Sequence record: PV700625
Source: Escherichia phage MET-P1-301
Length of the DNA stretch: 64,000 nt
Reading direction: 5' to 3' (one strand)
Below are positions 10,450 through 21,746 of this stretch, in pieces. A program made the position numbers and the translations under genes. The stretch's first letter is position 1; every line of letters starts with the position of its first letter. Below the pieces are notes generated by a model that had not been told where the DNA came from, ran no database searches, and worked only from the letters and a program-made list of their open reading frames with translations.

Positions 10450-10998
10450 TTAGTGCAGTTGCTCAGTATTAATCTGTGAGTGTTCTTTTTCAGCCATAGC
10501 TGAGATTTGCTTCACAAAATCATCACCAAAGTTAATGCGAAGCTTCTCTTCAATGATTGAAGCACCAATGTTTACCAAAACATCATTGATTGCTTGCATA
10601 CTCACACCGCCAGTCATTTCCTCAACGAACTCAATGGTTACTCCCAACATCTGAGAAAGTTGGATTAGTGCAACGATATTCATCATTGTAGAAATAGCTG
10701 GAATCATCAGAGCAACCTTCACCTGTAGTGGTTCTACATCAGCTACAGAATCATCTTTCACAGCTTCTTCTAAAGAATCTTTAGTTTGCTGGATAATCTC
10801 TTTGATTCGTGGGTTTAACTCTTCTACACCCCAATCAAGTTTTTCATACCGTGACAGCTTCTCTTCCATTCGCTTCTCAAGAGCAGCCATAACAGCACTC
10901 GTTGACGAAATTAACAGGTCAACTAGCTCATTATTATCTAAGAGCAGTAGCGAGTCTTTTTCTTCAGAGGTCATGGCAATATAGTCATTTTTCTGCAT
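10450..10998 (-). CDS. hypothetical protein
   Basis: 182-aa ORF; may be fused with the 10971-11261 ORF if a frameshift is corrected. Confidence 0.4.
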   Translation of the reverse strand: MQKNDYIAMTSEEKDSLLLLDNNELVDLLISSTSAVMAALEKRMEEKLSRYEKLDWGVEELNPRIKEIIQQTKDSLEEAVKDDSVADVEPLQVKVALMIPAISTMMNIVALIQLSQMLGVTIEFVEEMTGGVSMQAINDVLVNIGASIIEEKLRINFGDDFVKQISAMAEKEHSQINTEQLH

Positions 10999-11261
10999 CT
11001 CATAAAAATGAACTCTGCAAGAGCATCAACACCTACAACAATAGATGCTAAAGCAAGTGTTTTGTCGCACAGCATCATATTAACCTGTTCTGCAAAAGCA
11101 ACGTTATCAGACTTGTCTTTAGGCAGGTTATAGCTTGCAGGCATAAACTGTTCTGTGTAGTTGTTTCCACGAAGAATCATAGCCATGCTTTCTACGGCAT
11201 TGATTAAGAAAGCTTCGTCAATACCTTTTTCTTCAAGCATCTGGTCTACAGTAGTATTCAT
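10971..11261 (-). CDS. hypothetical protein
   Basis: 96-aa ORF. Confidence 0.35.
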   Translation of the reverse strand: MNTTVDQMLEEKGIDEAFLINAVESMAMILRGNNYTEQFMPASYNLPKDKSDNVAFAEQVNMMLCDKTLALASIVVGVDALAEFIFMRCRKMTILP

Positions 11262-11262
11262 A

Positions 11263-11685
11263 TTATTTCTCTCTCAGTTGGTTAAGTTTCTTTCTAGAAC
11301 ATTTTAAGTTTTCTGATGAAGAAAAGTCAAGTGTCTTTTCAGAACGTGGATAATAGTGCCTATCCCAAGAAGTTTCAACATCGTTAATCAGTGACGCTAG
11401 ATTACACAGGTCTGTACCACTTTGCAACCTCTTTTTAAGAGAATCTAGTAAAGCAACTGTGTCTTTAGCTTTACGTCTAGCTGTAGCAACATCTTTCATA
11501 TGCTCAAATACAGAGCATTTTAAGTCATCTTCATAGTTTTCAGACAACTCTATTTCATGTTGTATATCAACCATTCTCCTGTGATGGTGAGCATATTCCC
11601 GTTGAGCAGCAATGTCAAGTTCTTCCAACTTCTGCAAAGCTCTAACAAAGTCAGCTATGTCTGGGTGAACAAACATTTTCTGCAT
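11263..11685 (-). CDS. hypothetical protein
   Basis: 140-aa ORF, first gene of the minus-strand early operon. Confidence 0.45.
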   Translation of the reverse strand: MQKMFVHPDIADFVRALQKLEELDIAAQREYAHHHRRMVDIQHEIELSENYEDDLKCSVFEHMKDVATARRKAKDTVALLDSLKKRLQSGTDLCNLASLINDVETSWDRHYYPRSEKTLDFSSSENLKCSRKKLNQLREK

Positions 11686-11940
11686 GTAAGCCTCTTTTAA
11701 GTAACTATTAAGTTTTAATCTTTTATCTTAACGTATTCTATACGTTATACTTTAAAGCTTTTTAAAAGCTATTAAATAATCTTTTAAGAGTTTTAAAGTA
11801 TCTGTATAGTTAAACTGTTAAGTAACCTTTTAAGTAAAAACCCACTTCGCAAAGATTAACACCTTGTCAAGTGTATTGTCAACTTGCTTTTATAATTTTT
11901 GCAGTAATGTATGGGGTTAATGATTTTAGAGGGAGTAAAA

Positions 11941-14637
11941 ATGGAAAACGTAGATTTTAAAAACTTACATTTGGTTGGTGATACAGAAACTGATGGTTTA
12001 CTCCTTGAGTTCACTAAAGTTCACGTAATGGCCTTTGCAGACTATAAATCTGACGATGAAGAGCCACCTGTATGGGTCTTTACAGATGAGCCTATCCTCG
12101 GTCACAAGTACACTAAGTACATTAAGGGTGGTTTACGTGAAGGTGTTGAGTTTGCGTTAAAGGCAAAACGACTTTGTATCCATAACGGCCTCGGTTATGA
12201 CTGGTGGGTCTTCAATCACATTGCACCGGATTTATGGAACTTTGATAATCCAAAATGTAAGCCGTGGAGTAATTTCTTTCAGGATTCTCTTATTCAGTCT
12301 CGTGTTCAGTGGATGGATAGACCAACTCCAAAGGGTTATAAAGGTGCTCATGGTTTGGCTGCATGGGGTGCTCGCGTTGGTGTTCGTAAGCCAGAGATTG
12401 AGCATTGGGGTGTGTGGAATGCAGAAATCTTCACTCGTGTTGTAGAAGATATTCGTATTAACGCCAAAACTAAACGTGCACTTGATAATGAGTATCTCAA
12501 GCTTAAGAAGTGTGGCATAGACACTTATGAGACTTACATGCGAGCTAAAGAAACATCTTTCTGGATGAGTCAACAGGCTATTAATGGCTGGAAAGCTGAT
12601 AAAGAGCTTATGGAGTTCCATGTGAAGGAACTTGACAAATTGACTAATGAGCTTGCTTCAGAGGTTGAACCACATCTACCTCCAACTATTAAGACCAAAG
12701 GTAAAGTCACTGGAGAAGAGTTTGCAAAAGCTTGGAATGAGTATGTTGAAGCATTCGGTCATGCAGATGGACTGAAGAGAATTACCAAGTACCCTAAGAC
12801 AAAGTACCGTCAGCAGGTACGTAACGGTGAGATGCAGACATACGAAATCAAGCCATTTGGTAAGCCAACTACAAAGATTTTTAACATTGAAAAGAGGAAT
12901 TGCTATACACCAACCAACTCTGTAACTGGTGAAGAGTACAAGGAAGGTTTTGTAGCAATGAAGGATGCTCGTGCAATTTGCAATGAGTTGAACGCAAAGA
13001 TTGGTAAGAAATGCAAAGACTGGAAGCCAGTAAAAACAGTCAAAACTGTGAAGTACTATAACAGTCATGTTGTTAACCACTTTGAGCTTGAGTCAAGTCG
13101 CTACACAGGATTGATTGATGCACCATATACACCAATTGAGTTTGAAGTTTCTCGTATGACTCAGGTAGCAGTTGTTAAAGACTACTTGAAGTCAGTTGGT
13201 TGGATTCAGATGACTGGAACTACAAGAAAGATTCAGACGGTCGTCCTGTCAAAGTTTGTCGTTTCAAAGACAACAAAAGATGATTACAAAGCATCCTAAG
13301 TGGCAGGAGATGGTTGAACGGTGTGGCTTGAGTTATGTTGAACATGAAGGTGTCCAGTACATTGAGCATAACTGGTCTGTGAAGAAATACACAGATTTGC
13401 TTGAGCCTTGCTTAATCCGTACTTCACCAAAACTTACTGAATCTTCTTATGATACGATTGAAGGTGAGCTTGGACAGAAGATTGCTAAATACTATACTTT
13501 GATGCACCGACGCAGAACTATTGAGAACTCAAAGGATGATGAAAAAGGTTGGTTGAATCAGATTCGTCCTGATGGTCGCCTTAGTGCTGGTGCAATGGTA
13601 TTTGGTACTTCAACTGGACGTATGACACAATATGGTATTGTAAACGTACCGTCTGGTGCTGCTGTCTATGGGGAACCAATGAGGGCAGTGTGGATTTGTG
13701 AAGAAGGTACTAACGTTGTCTCTGTAGACATGAACTCAGCCCAGCTAGTTCTCCTTTGTAACTTTATGGGTGACAAAGACTTCACCAAAGCAGTAACGCA
13801 AGGTAAAGAAGAGATTGAGTTCATTCGTCAAGAAGATGGACGCTATTACTGCAAACATTTTGATGAGTACCTCAACCCAGAGATTGATAAGTACCTTCGT
13901 TATGACTCTGAGAATGACCTGTACGTTGTCTATTCAGGGACTGATGCACATACACTGAACAGTATTTACTTTAGCTTGAATGATGAGCAGGATATCTTGA
14001 CTTGTCGAGCTACTCAGGATGAGAACCTTCTCCATGAGATTAGTAAGGGTCGTAAGAAAGCTAAGAATGGTATCTATGCACTGCTGTTCGGTGCAGGTGA
14101 TGAGAAGTTTGCTAAGACGATTAAAGCTGCAACTACTCAGGAAGGCGCACTGACTAAACAGACTTACTTTATTCGTTTACCTAAAATTAAGAAGCTGTTA
14201 GATGACTTGGAAGCTGACTACAAAGCAACTAAAAAGGCACTTGAAGAGGTGTTTGGTAAGACTGCTGCAATCTCTAAAGGGGTTTTGTAAAGGTTGCTGG
14301 AGCTTGGTTGTGGTGTAAATCTCCACATAAGCTATTGAATTATTTGCTTATGGGTTCGGAGGCTCAGATTCAAAACGAGGCAATTAACCTTGCTTGTCGT
14401 CGTATGATTGACGAAGGTTTGATGAAGTTGAATGGTCGTCAACCAGCTATTGGTGCTCGTTTGCTCTGCGCATATCACGATGAAACAAGCTGGGAATGTC
14501 CAGAAAGTATGACGGCAGAAGTGAAAGCAGTTACTGACTGGTATTATGGACAAGCTTCTAAGAACTTAGGTCTTAAGAAAGAAACACTTGTTACAGGTAC
14601 TGGTAAGGTTGGTAAAAGCTGGCTTGAGGTTCACTAA
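11941..14637 (+). CDS. family A DNA polymerase (split over three frames)
   Basis: GAGGGAG RBS then ATG 11941; exo motif HLVGDTETDGL; motif B RKKAKNGIYALLFGAG; motif C YHDE; pieces 11911-13299, 13256-14290, 14308-14637 join only across frame changes. Confidence 0.85.
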
Positions 14638-14698
14638 TTAGTATTGACAAGGTGCTCATGGAAGAGTACCTTATACAATATCTTATATAGGAGCGATT

Positions 14699-14908
14699 AT
14701 GAGCCACCGTGGAAGAACCCATGCAGCAATGATGAAAGGTGCTTCAAAGGAAACTATCAAGAATCGTAAGCAGAAGTTGTTTGAGAGAATAAACAGGTTG
14801 ATTGACAATTCATCTCTTTCAGGTTCTGAGAAGGTTTTCTTGAAAGGTAATCTGAAAAGCATTGCACAAGAGCTTGTAGATATTGAATATTGGAGACATC
14901 AAAAATGA
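14699..14908 (+). CDS. hypothetical protein
   Basis: 69-aa ORF. Confidence 0.4.
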   Translation: MSHRGRTHAAMMKGASKETIKNRKQKLFERINRLIDNSSLSGSEKVFLKGNLKSIAQELVDIEYWRHQK

Positions 14909-15123
14909 CACTTGCAGACGTTATTCAGCAACTTCATGATAACTGCTACACTCCAGAGTTAATTCAGGAGATGTCCATTGTAGTCATGCCTAGCAAGTTC
15001 GTAAAAACCTTTAACAACGACGCTTTAAGGTCTACACACATCCTTATCGTTGACGGTAAGATTGCAAAAGACCGTACAGGTGTTCTTAAGGGTGAACGTA
15101 TTGATATTCTGGAGTTGCTATGA
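14905..15123 (+). CDS. hypothetical protein
   Basis: ATG 14905 overlapping upstream stop. Confidence 0.4.
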   Translation: MTLADVIQQLHDNCYTPELIQEMSIVVMPSKFVKTFNNDALRSTHILIVDGKIAKDRTGVLKGERIDILELL

Positions 15124-15255
15124 AGAAGATGTACAGTCTCTGGGGAAGGGTTGGTAAAGGTTTTGACTGGACACTTCTTCGTTCAAACGTTAAACGTAGT
15201 GAATTACCAGAACTCATCACTCACTATTTAAAAACATACAGAGAGGTAGACTATC

Positions 15256-15513
15256 GTGAACAATAAGGTTAAGAGTTGTGTGAAAGCAATGGTTGCACTT
15301 GGAGTAATTTTTCTGGCTGGCTGCAACCCATCTTATGAAAACAAAGATGCTTCTTACAGCCTCCCTCCAGAGATGCAAGACTGCAAAATCTACAAACTCA
15401 ATGGTGATGCTATAAGCAGAGATATTGTTGTTGTCAGATGCCCAAACTCTCAAACAACAACATCTTATAGCTATGGCAAAAATGGTCAATCACATACCAC
15501 GGTTATTGAGTGA
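15256..15513 (+). CDS. putative lipoprotein
   Basis: N-terminal hydrophobic signal followed by lipobox-like FLAGC; 85 aa. Confidence 0.5.
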   Translation: MNNKVKSCVKAMVALGVIFLAGCNPSYENKDASYSLPPEMQDCKIYKLNGDAISRDIVVVRCPNSQTTTSYSYGKNGQSHTTVIE

Positions 15514-15522
15514 GGTTTTTAC

Positions 15523-15730
15523 GATGGAAGTATTAGTAAACTATATCTATCGTTATGATGTTGTTCACTCCACTACAACTGTAGCTCAACGAAATCCAAT
15601 AGTTCCACGAGAAGGTGAGCTTGTTCGCATTGATGGTTGGACTTACACTGTGGAAAGCATCATTCATAAGTTTGATGTTGCTGGTGATGTTCAAGTTATC
15701 GACGTGGAAATTGGTGGTAAGAGAAAATGA
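15523..15730 (+). CDS. hypothetical protein
   Basis: ATG 15523 within larger listed ORF; 68 aa. Confidence 0.35.
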
Positions 15731-15885
15731 AATCTAAGCAAACAATGACAGATGCAATCTTCACAGTACACAGTTTCGAAAGGTTGCACATTAAAGATGT
15801 AAAAATACACCAAAATGCGTTGTACATTTCATTAAAAGACGTAGTGAGAGGTCTTATATAAAATCTGACACAGGCGAGAGTACAA

Positions 15886-16104
15886 ATGGGTAAAGATAAT
15901 AAATTTCAGAACGCAGTTCTTACAGAAGATGGTGAGCTTGAAACATTCATTCTTCGTGTTGATGGTAAGTTATTCCGGTGTCGTTGTGGGTCAAACTGTT
16001 TCCATAAACCAGATAAAAACGACTTAGAGCTTTACGCATGTAATGCTTGCAACACTTGGTATCACTCAGAGGTTAAAAATGACAATTCTGTACAAACAAA
16101 ATAA
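15886..16104 (+). CDS. small zinc-finger protein
   Basis: CRCGSNC...CNACNTW cysteine pairs. Confidence 0.4.
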   Translation: MGKDNKFQNAVLTEDGELETFILRVDGKLFRCRCGSNCFHKPDKNDLELYACNACNTWYHSEVKNDNSVQTK

Positions 16105-17179
16105 AGATGGTTCCTTCAACGTCTGGTCATGTGTTGCTGTAGGCGACAAAGTTATTACAACCTATGGTAAAGAAAATGGCAAGATGATGTTTGAAGAGTA
16201 CACAGCAGAACCTAAAAACATCGGTAAAAAGAATGAGCGTAATGCTGAACAGCAAGCTCTCTTTGAAGTTGCTGCTAAGTATAAAAAGCAAGTTAACCGT
16301 AAAGGTTATGCTTACACAAAAGAGTCTGCACAGAATACTGAGAAGGTAGGTGTACAACTTGCTCATGATGCTGCAAAGGTTAGTCATGCAAAGTATCTGA
16401 AGTTCCCTGCTGATGCCCAACCAAAACTTGATGGTGTCCGTTGTAGAATTTCAAGAGATGCTGATTCAGTTAGTTTCACGGCTTATTCTCGTGAGAATAC
16501 TGTTTACAACGTTCCAACAGAACTAATCCCAGATTTGCTTTTGTTGCTTAAATTACATCCACAAGTTGAAGACTTTGATGGTGAGATTTATGCTCATGGT
16601 TGGGACTTAGAAGATATTGTATCTATGATTAAGAATGCTGACAATCCAGACCGTCACCTTCTTAAATTCTACTGGTATGATATCTGTGACAATTCAAAAT
16701 CTTGGCCTGAGCGTCGTGAAGTTATTGATAACTCACCTATTGTTGAGCTTGGGGATACCTGTAGAGTTGTTCCTGTGCAGACTATCCGTGTAAATTCTTG
16801 GGAAGAGTTTGATGAAGCTCATGATAAGTGGGTTGAAGCTAAGTTTGAAGGTGCAATGTACCGCTCAATCTCTGAAGAATCTTTCTACGAGTGTGGTCAC
16901 CGTTCATACTTCTTGATTAAGCACAAGAAGATGCACACTGAAGAGTTTAAAGTGACTGGTGTAAAGACCGATAAACGTGGTCATGGCAAGTTCGTTGTAG
17001 AGACTCTTCCTAACGTCTTTGTAGATGTCTCATGGAAGACCACTCATGAGAAGAAACAGTATCTTGCTGAACACCCTGAAGAGTTTATCGGGAAGCCTTT
17101 AACGGTTCAGTTCCAGAAGATGACTCGTAAGGGGTCTTTGCAGTTCCCTGTCGGGCTAGTTATTAGGGATTATGAATAG
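16079..17179 (+). CDS. ATP-dependent DNA ligase
   Basis: KLDGVRC matches the ligase adenylation motif I (KxDGxR); about 366 aa, typical T7-type ligase size. Confidence 0.75.
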   Translation: MTILYKQNKDGSFNVWSCVAVGDKVITTYGKENGKMMFEEYTAEPKNIGKKNERNAEQQALFEVAAKYKKQVNRKGYAYTKESAQNTEKVGVQLAHDAAKVSHAKYLKFPADAQPKLDGVRCRISRDADSVSFTAYSRENTVYNVPTELIPDLLLLLKLHPQVEDFDGEIYAHGWDLEDIVSMIKNADNPDRHLLKFYWYDICDNSKSWPERREVIDNSPIVELGDTCRVVPVQTIRVNSWEEFDEAHDKWVEAKFEGAMYRSISEESFYECGHRSYFLIKHKKMHTEEFKVTGVKTDKRGHGKFVVETLPNVFVDVSWKTTHEKKQYLAEHPEEFIGKPLTVQFQKMTRKGSLQFPVGLVIRDYE

Positions 17180-17366
17180 TGAAAGAGAGATTATCAAGTT
17201 TACCAATCCGGGTAGCTGTTGTCCGGTTCATGATAAGTATCCTAGTAATACTTACAAGAATAGGCGCTCTATCAAGAAGAGGTCACTCTTTATTAAGAAA
17301 GAGCACAGGCATGTGAGGCGGGTTGTTAAGCAAAATCTTCATAAAACTTTATTAGAAAGTTGTTGA
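17172..17366 (+). CDS. hypothetical small basic protein
   Basis: 64-aa ORF; weak. Confidence 0.25.
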   Translation: MNSEREIIKFTNPGSCCPVHDKYPSNTYKNRRSIKKRSLFIKKEHRHVRRVVKQNLHKTLLESC

Positions 17367-17390
17367 CATAGAAAATTTGGTGAGTATACT
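17363..17390 (+). promoter_or_regulatory. sigma70-like promoter
   Basis: TTGACA, 16-nt spacer, TATACT; precedes a roughly 370-nt untranslated G/T-rich region before gene 17769. Confidence 0.5.
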
Positions 17391-17439
17391 GAGCAGCATA
17401 AACCAACGGGTACTCACCAGCATCACTTAAGAGTCTTTG

Positions 17440-17700
17440 AAAAGGGTTTTAAGTGATGTTGGGCGAGGCTCGGTGAGGTGGGGTAAGGCATAGTGCGGTG
17501 CTGTTTGGTATGGGTAGTTAGTCTCAGCTACATTAAAATGAGACTTACCTTTTAAAAGGTCTTTAAACAGGGTCTTTTAATAAGGTTGTGTGATGTGATG
17601 TATGGTGCTGTGGAGTTTGGTTAGGTCCGGTCAGGTATGGTATGGTGATGTGAGGTATGGGTGGATGGTAGTAGCCACGTTAAAAATCTACCAAGTTTCT
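17440..17700. repeat. two tandem units of conserved motif + G/T-rich tract + hairpin
   Basis: Motif AAAAGGTCTTTAAACAGGGTCTTTTAATAAGG; G/T-skewed tracts rich in GG/GGG runs; hairpins AGTCTCA...TGAGACT and GGTAG...CTACC. Confidence 0.8.
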
Positions 17701-17750
17701 AAAGAGTCTTCTGTTGAGGGTTCTTTACAAACAACTTAACAATCAACTAA

Positions 17751-18356
<606 letters not shown>

Positions 18357-18358
18357 TT

Positions 18359-18799
18359 ATGAATACAAAAGCATTAGCAGCAAAGTTTAGTTACGGTGAC
18401 ACTGTATCACACTCTGAGATGGATACCTTCTTAGGTATTGTGAAGCCAACTTATCAAGGTGACATTGTTAAGTACGAAGATGAAATGAAGGCTTATGCAC
18501 TTACACGTCTAAACCGACTTGAGAAGTTTATTGAGAAGCTTCTTAAAGAAGAGAAGATTTATCTGGTTGCTTCAATGGGTGTTGGTTATCGTGTGGTTGA
18601 ACCTAAGCATCAAGCAACTATTGCAAAACGTAAAATGTCTGGTAAGATTGGTCGTGCTTTAAAGCAAGCCACCCAAGCAATTGAGAATGTGAATACTATG
18701 GCACTTAGTCATCAAGAACGTTCACGACTGATTGAACAGCAAAACCATTTAGCTGCTATGAAAGCTAACATTAACAAGCAACGCAGAAAACCTTTCTAA
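18359..18799 (+). CDS. hypothetical protein
   Basis: 146-aa ORF followed by terminator hairpin. Confidence 0.5.
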   Translation: MNTKALAAKFSYGDTVSHSEMDTFLGIVKPTYQGDIVKYEDEMKAYALTRLNRLEKFIEKLLKEEKIYLVASMGVGYRVVEPKHQATIAKRKMSGKIGRALKQATQAIENVNTMALSHQERSRLIEQQNHLAAMKANINKQRRKPF

Positions 18800-18810
18800 G
18801 TTGACTAGGT

Positions 18811-18834
18811 AGCCTCTTCGGAGGCTCCTTTTTA
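18811..18834 (+). terminator. intrinsic terminator
   Basis: AGCCTC-TTCG-GAGGCT hairpin followed by CCTTTTT, directly after the stop of gene 18359-18799. Confidence 0.7.
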
Positions 18835-19080
18835 AAAGGTCTTTAAGAGGGTCTTTTAATAAGGTGGGGTGGGGTGTGGTGAGGTTTGGTTTGGTGTAGT
18901 CAGGTAAGGTATGGGTAGTTAGTCTCAGCTACATTAAAATGAGACTTACCTTTTAAAAGGTCTTTAAGAGGGTCTTTTAATAAGGTGCTGTATGGTGGGG
19001 TAAGGTAGGGTTAGGCGAGGTCAGGTGAGGTTTGGTATGGAAGGATGGCAGTAGCCTTATAAAAATCTGCCAAATAAGCT
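18825..19080. repeat. two further tandem units of the same motif + G/T-rich tract + hairpin
   Basis: Motif repeated at 18825 and 18946; hairpin at 18911-18946 identical to 17522-17557; terminal hairpin GGCAG...CTGCC covaries with GGTAG...CTACC. Confidence 0.8.
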
Positions 19081-19090
19081 ATAAAATCTG

Positions 19091-19119
19091 TTGACAAGTC
19101 AGGTGTTATAGCTTATTTT
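19091..19119 (+). promoter_or_regulatory. sigma70-like promoter
   Basis: TTGACA, 17-nt spacer, TATTTT; about 45 nt upstream of gene 19164. Confidence 0.45.
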
Positions 19120-19163
19120 TATACCCAATGTAATACAAAATTTAATATAACTTTGAGGTCATT

Positions 19164-19547
19164 ATGAAAAAGATTTTATTAGCTGCTGCAATGGTTATGG
19201 CAATGAATTCACCAGTCAATGCAACAGAACTCCCAAATGTGGACTTATCAGGTGTTTCAGAAGACACTTGCCAGATTGTAAAAGGCGTTGCCCTAGCTAA
19301 TGGTGAGTTACTTAAACCCATCTCTGAAGAGTCTTTGACAGAGATGACTGATAAGGTGACTGACTACCAGTATCGTGTTCTTGCAGAGTATTTCCTGCAA
19401 TCTGCAAACATTAAAGAGAAACACCATGACGATATTGATGTACAGGCTATGCTCAACCACCGTATCCAGTTTAAAGAAGATTTGATGCAAAAAGCTATGT
19501 ATGGTGTTGAGTATTTCTTAGAAAACAGAAGCTGCACAGGTATTTGA
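19164..19547 (+). CDS. hypothetical secreted protein
   Basis: MKKILLAAAMVMAMNSPVNA signal-peptide-like N-terminus. Confidence 0.5.
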   Translation: MKKILLAAAMVMAMNSPVNATELPNVDLSGVSEDTCQIVKGVALANGELLKPISEESLTEMTDKVTDYQYRVLAEYFLQSANIKEKHHDDIDVQAMLNHRIQFKEDLMQKAMYGVEYFLENRSCTGI

Positions 19548-19548
19548 T

Positions 19549-19761
19549 ATGGCTCTTAAAAAGTTACATCCCAGAAGCGGTTATGGTAAGATAATTGACG
19601 ATACAGACGGCTTTACAGTCTTTACAGTCATCTGTCAAGATGATTCACAGATTGAAAAGGCTCTTGATGATTATCTTAACGATGAACGTGAAAAGGTTAG
19701 GGCTACAAACATTGATTCATTGATTGACACTTCACGCAAACGGAAGAAGAAAGATGAATGA
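19549..19761 (+). CDS. hypothetical protein
   Basis: 70-aa ORF. Confidence 0.4.
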   Translation: MALKKLHPRSGYGKIIDDTDGFTVFTVICQDDSQIEKALDDYLNDEREKVRATNIDSLIDTSRKRKKKDE

Positions 19762-20053
19762 AGCTTTTGACCCTTATGCCCCACAAGATGATTGGGAGGC
19801 TGATAGAGAGGCTGAAATGGAGAGTTATATTTGTCCAATGGATGTAGACGAAATGAGAGATTTCGTTGCACATCGTTTTAAGAGAGAGATTAAATCCAGA
19901 GGTCTTTCTCAAGAGCAAGTTGCTAAAATTTGTGGTATCTCTCAAGCTCGTGTATCCAACATAATCCACCTCACTGGGAATGTTTCCCTTGAGTATATGT
20001 TGGAAGTATGTGAAAAATTTGGTGTTAATTTTAATTTAAGGTTGGCAGATTAA
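19751..20053 (+). CDS. helix-turn-helix (XRE-like) DNA-binding protein
   Basis: LSQEQVAKICGISQARVSNI resembles an HTH recognition helix region. Confidence 0.5.
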   Translation, partial: KMNEAFDPYAPQDDWEADREAEMESYICPMDVDEMRDFVAHRFKREIKSRGLSQEQVAKICGISQARVSNIIHLTGNVSLEYMLEVCEKFGVNFNLRLAD

Positions 20054-20054
20054 T

Positions 20055-20414
20055 ATGAAACGTGAAAACATTATCCACTCTGAAAACTTCGCATTAGGCT
20101 TTTACGGTGTTCCTACTCACCTTGAAAAGTATTATGGTGTGAAGATTCTCTCCAATCTCATTATGGCTTACAAAGATGGTAAGATTAAGCATACTGAGAA
20201 GAAACGTGTCATGGGCTATATGGCTGTAGGTTCAGCAATCTCGAACATTAAGCTGGAAACAACTAGCAGTCAGATTGTGAAAGACCACTTCATTAAAGAG
20301 CTTTACCAGAATCTTGATGGTGTAGATGTTCAGGCTGTTTGGTTGGATGTTGATGGTCACAACTACACGAGTTTTGTTTTCAAAAACGATGACATTAAGT
20401 GTCTATTCCCATAA
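20055..20414 (+). CDS. hypothetical protein
   Basis: 119-aa ORF. Confidence 0.4.
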   Translation: MKRENIIHSENFALGFYGVPTHLEKYYGVKILSNLIMAYKDGKIKHTEKKRVMGYMAVGSAISNIKLETTSSQIVKDHFIKELYQNLDGVDVQAVWLDVDGHNYTSFVFKNDDIKCLFP

Positions 20415-20489
20415 TAGGTGATTAACTATGATTGATGTCTACTTACAAGATGCTCATGCAGATTTCCTTAAAGAGATGCTTAAAAGTTT

Positions 20490-20942
20490 ATGGCTTCACA
20501 GTATGAGAATGAAGCATCTTTTAAAATAGTTACATGTGGCGACGAAGCTGGTTTTGTTGAGATTGAACATGAAGGTACTGGAAAGACTGTTTGTAAGCTC
20601 CCTGATAGTATGTTCTCTAGTGCATTCTTAACAAAGACTAGTATAAATGTTAAGCTTGTACCGCAGATTGAAACATATTCTGGTACAGATTATCCTAAAG
20701 GTTTTAAGTCATTGATGAAGTACTTCTTAGATGACTTTGTAGGTAATCTTCTGAGGGAGGTAAAAGAAAGTCGTACAGTGTTAACTGTAGAGAACATGGG
20801 AGGAACTATAAAGGTTACTTCTGACTGTTTTGTGATGAGCCTCTTCGACTTCGTTCCTAAGAACTTTGAGGGTATTCTGGATGAAGAAGATGACTGTGTA
20901 GACTTTATATTGGTTCTTGAACCAGTTTTTGAGGTTAAATAA
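20490..20942 (+). CDS. hypothetical protein
   Basis: 150-aa ORF. Confidence 0.4.
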   Translation: MASQYENEASFKIVTCGDEAGFVEIEHEGTGKTVCKLPDSMFSSAFLTKTSINVKLVPQIETYSGTDYPKGFKSLMKYFLDDFVGNLLREVKESRTVLTVENMGGTIKVTSDCFVMSLFDFVPKNFEGILDEEDDCVDFILVLEPVFEVK

Positions 20943-21203
20943 ATGAAAATTGAACACTGCTATGAGTCTGATGGAACACCTATCCGATGTCCACATTGTG
21001 GATGTACAGACTTGCAAGGTGAGGTAAGTGAGATAGTCAACGGTCATATCGCTGAAGAGAGTACAAGGTGTACAGGGTGTAATGAAATCATTGCTTTCTG
21101 GGCTTATGGTTCATACCAACCTGCACCACACTTAATCTACCATAGCAATAAAGCTGTGAAGAATGTTATCAACTGGTTCATTAAGAAAGGATTTACAAAA
21201 TGA
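20943..21203 (+). CDS. zinc-ribbon protein
   Basis: CPHCGC...CTGCNE cysteine pairs. Confidence 0.4.
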   Translation: MKIEHCYESDGTPIRCPHCGCTDLQGEVSEIVNGHIAEESTRCTGCNEIIAFWAYGSYQPAPHLIYHSNKAVKNVINWFIKKGFTK

Positions 21204-21745
21204 TTAAATTAATCTTTGCAAGTGGTGAAAATGGGGAGTTTGGTACTCCAACTGGTATGCCGTGGCCTCGACATAAACAGGATATGCAAGAGTTTAAGAG
21301 ACTCACTAAAAACAACTTAGTAGTAATGGGGAATGAGACTTTCAAGACTCTGGGTAGTAAACCTTTACCAGAACGTGCAAACCTCATCTTAACAAATTCT
21401 GTACCATACTTAGGCATAGACTTTGGCAAAGATGAGGTAATGTATGCTAAGGCTAGTAAAGAGTCCTTTGGAGCATTTTTGAAGTATCTTGATAGCTCTA
21501 TTGATGAAGATGTCTTTGTAATTGGTGGTGCAGGTGTTCTTGTCGATGCTTTGCCGTATGCTGGTGTAGTTTTCCATACAGTTTTCCATAAAGTTACTGA
21601 AGAGGCCACTGTGTATTTACCTTTTGAAAACTTCTTTGAGAAGCTGTATGATAACCGTGTATTTACAAAGGTACAGTCAAAACCATCAGAGGATGGTAAA
21701 GCCACCTTTGAAATTTATGTTCCACAAGTAAAAGGGCACTTTTGA
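21200..21745 (+). CDS. folA: dihydrofolate reductase
   Basis: MIKLIFASGENGEFGTPTGMPW...LVVMGNETFKTLG matches the DHFR N-terminal NADPH/folate-binding region; ATGA overlap with upstream gene. Confidence 0.8.
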   Translation: MIKLIFASGENGEFGTPTGMPWPRHKQDMQEFKRLTKNNLVVMGNETFKTLGSKPLPERANLILTNSVPYLGIDFGKDEVMYAKASKESFGAFLKYLDSSIDEDVFVIGGAGVLVDALPYAGVVFHTVFHKVTEEATVYLPFENFFEKLYDNRVFTKVQSKPSEDGKATFEIYVPQVKGHF

Positions 21746-21746
21746 T

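Noticed and set aside
11864-11896. Promoter for the DNA polymerase gene (TTGTCA ... TATAAT)
   Set aside because: Two TTGTCA boxes are 9 and 21 nt from the TATAAT, neither near the 17-nt optimum; left uncalled.
11911-14637. Naturally split DNA polymerase encoded as separate subunits
   Set aside because: The three pieces are collinear with overlaps of a few codons and no internal start with ribosome-binding site or inserted gene; homopolymer frameshifts explain the pattern more simply. This remains unproven without raw reads.
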